Shown here: piece by piece, positions 35,943 to 36,058 of the stretch
How positions within the stretch are numbered: position 1 is the first letter of the stretch
Layout: every line of letters starts with the position of its first letter
DNA from: a virus
Lineage: Duplodnaviria > Caudoviricetes
Virus record (IMG/VR): IMGVR_UViG_3300012894_000015
Location: 1-36,058 of that record
DNA: 36,058 nucleotides
Reading direction: 5' to 3' (one strand)
The notes under the pieces: generated by a model
The model's input: the letters and a program-made list of their open reading frames with translations, nothing else
Told to the model about the DNA's origin: nothing
Databases searched by the model: none
Program-made: the position numbers and the translations under genes

Positions 35943-35967
35943 TTATCCACAGGCACATTGTGGATAA
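35943..35967. promoter_or_regulatory. Inverted pair of consensus DnaA boxes
   Basis: TTATCCACA-GGCACAT-TGTGGATAA. Confidence 0.65.
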
Positions 35968-36058
35968 CTCTGAATCAGCCGAGTAAGCCGGTATGACAAC
36001 CGGCGGTCGACACTCAGGCTACGAGCGCGTGTTCTGTTTGGCTAAAGGGCAGCGAACA

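Noticed and set aside
35977-36020. Nested stems (AGCCGAGT/ACTCAGGCT around GCCGGT/ACCGGC)
   Set aside because: Short and imperfect, at the window edge, with no context to interpret.
1-36058. CRISPR array or rRNA
   Set aside because: No regularly spaced repeats or rRNA-like sequence seen.

Overview
The window is the late half of a GC-rich siphovirus-type (pro)phage, most likely from Deinococcus or a relative. The host call is inferred from leaderless promoters, an apparent ATC start codon and an NPCBM lipoprotein style. From left to right it holds: the end of an IS3-family element; a few early/middle genes (DUF1653-like, Hjc-type resolvase); a 70-nt tRNA-Met(CAU) with a truncated D-arm; an AT-rich antisense moron; packaging and head genes (TerS, TerL, portal, S49 protease with nested scaffold, decoration protein, major capsid); neck and tail genes (tail tube, chaperone, ~2100-aa tape measure with an internal NlpC/P60-like domain); three candidate receptor-binding proteins; and a six-gene lysis region with a GH19 endolysin. 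A right-hand accessory block carries an NPCBM/IPT lipoprotein behind a perfect CRP box, a compact divergent two-operator switch with an HTH gene, a Panacea antitoxin paired with a MazF/PemK-like gene, and two inverted DnaA boxes. All protein calls rest on motif recognition and gene order, not database searches. No integrase, replication gene or att site is visible.
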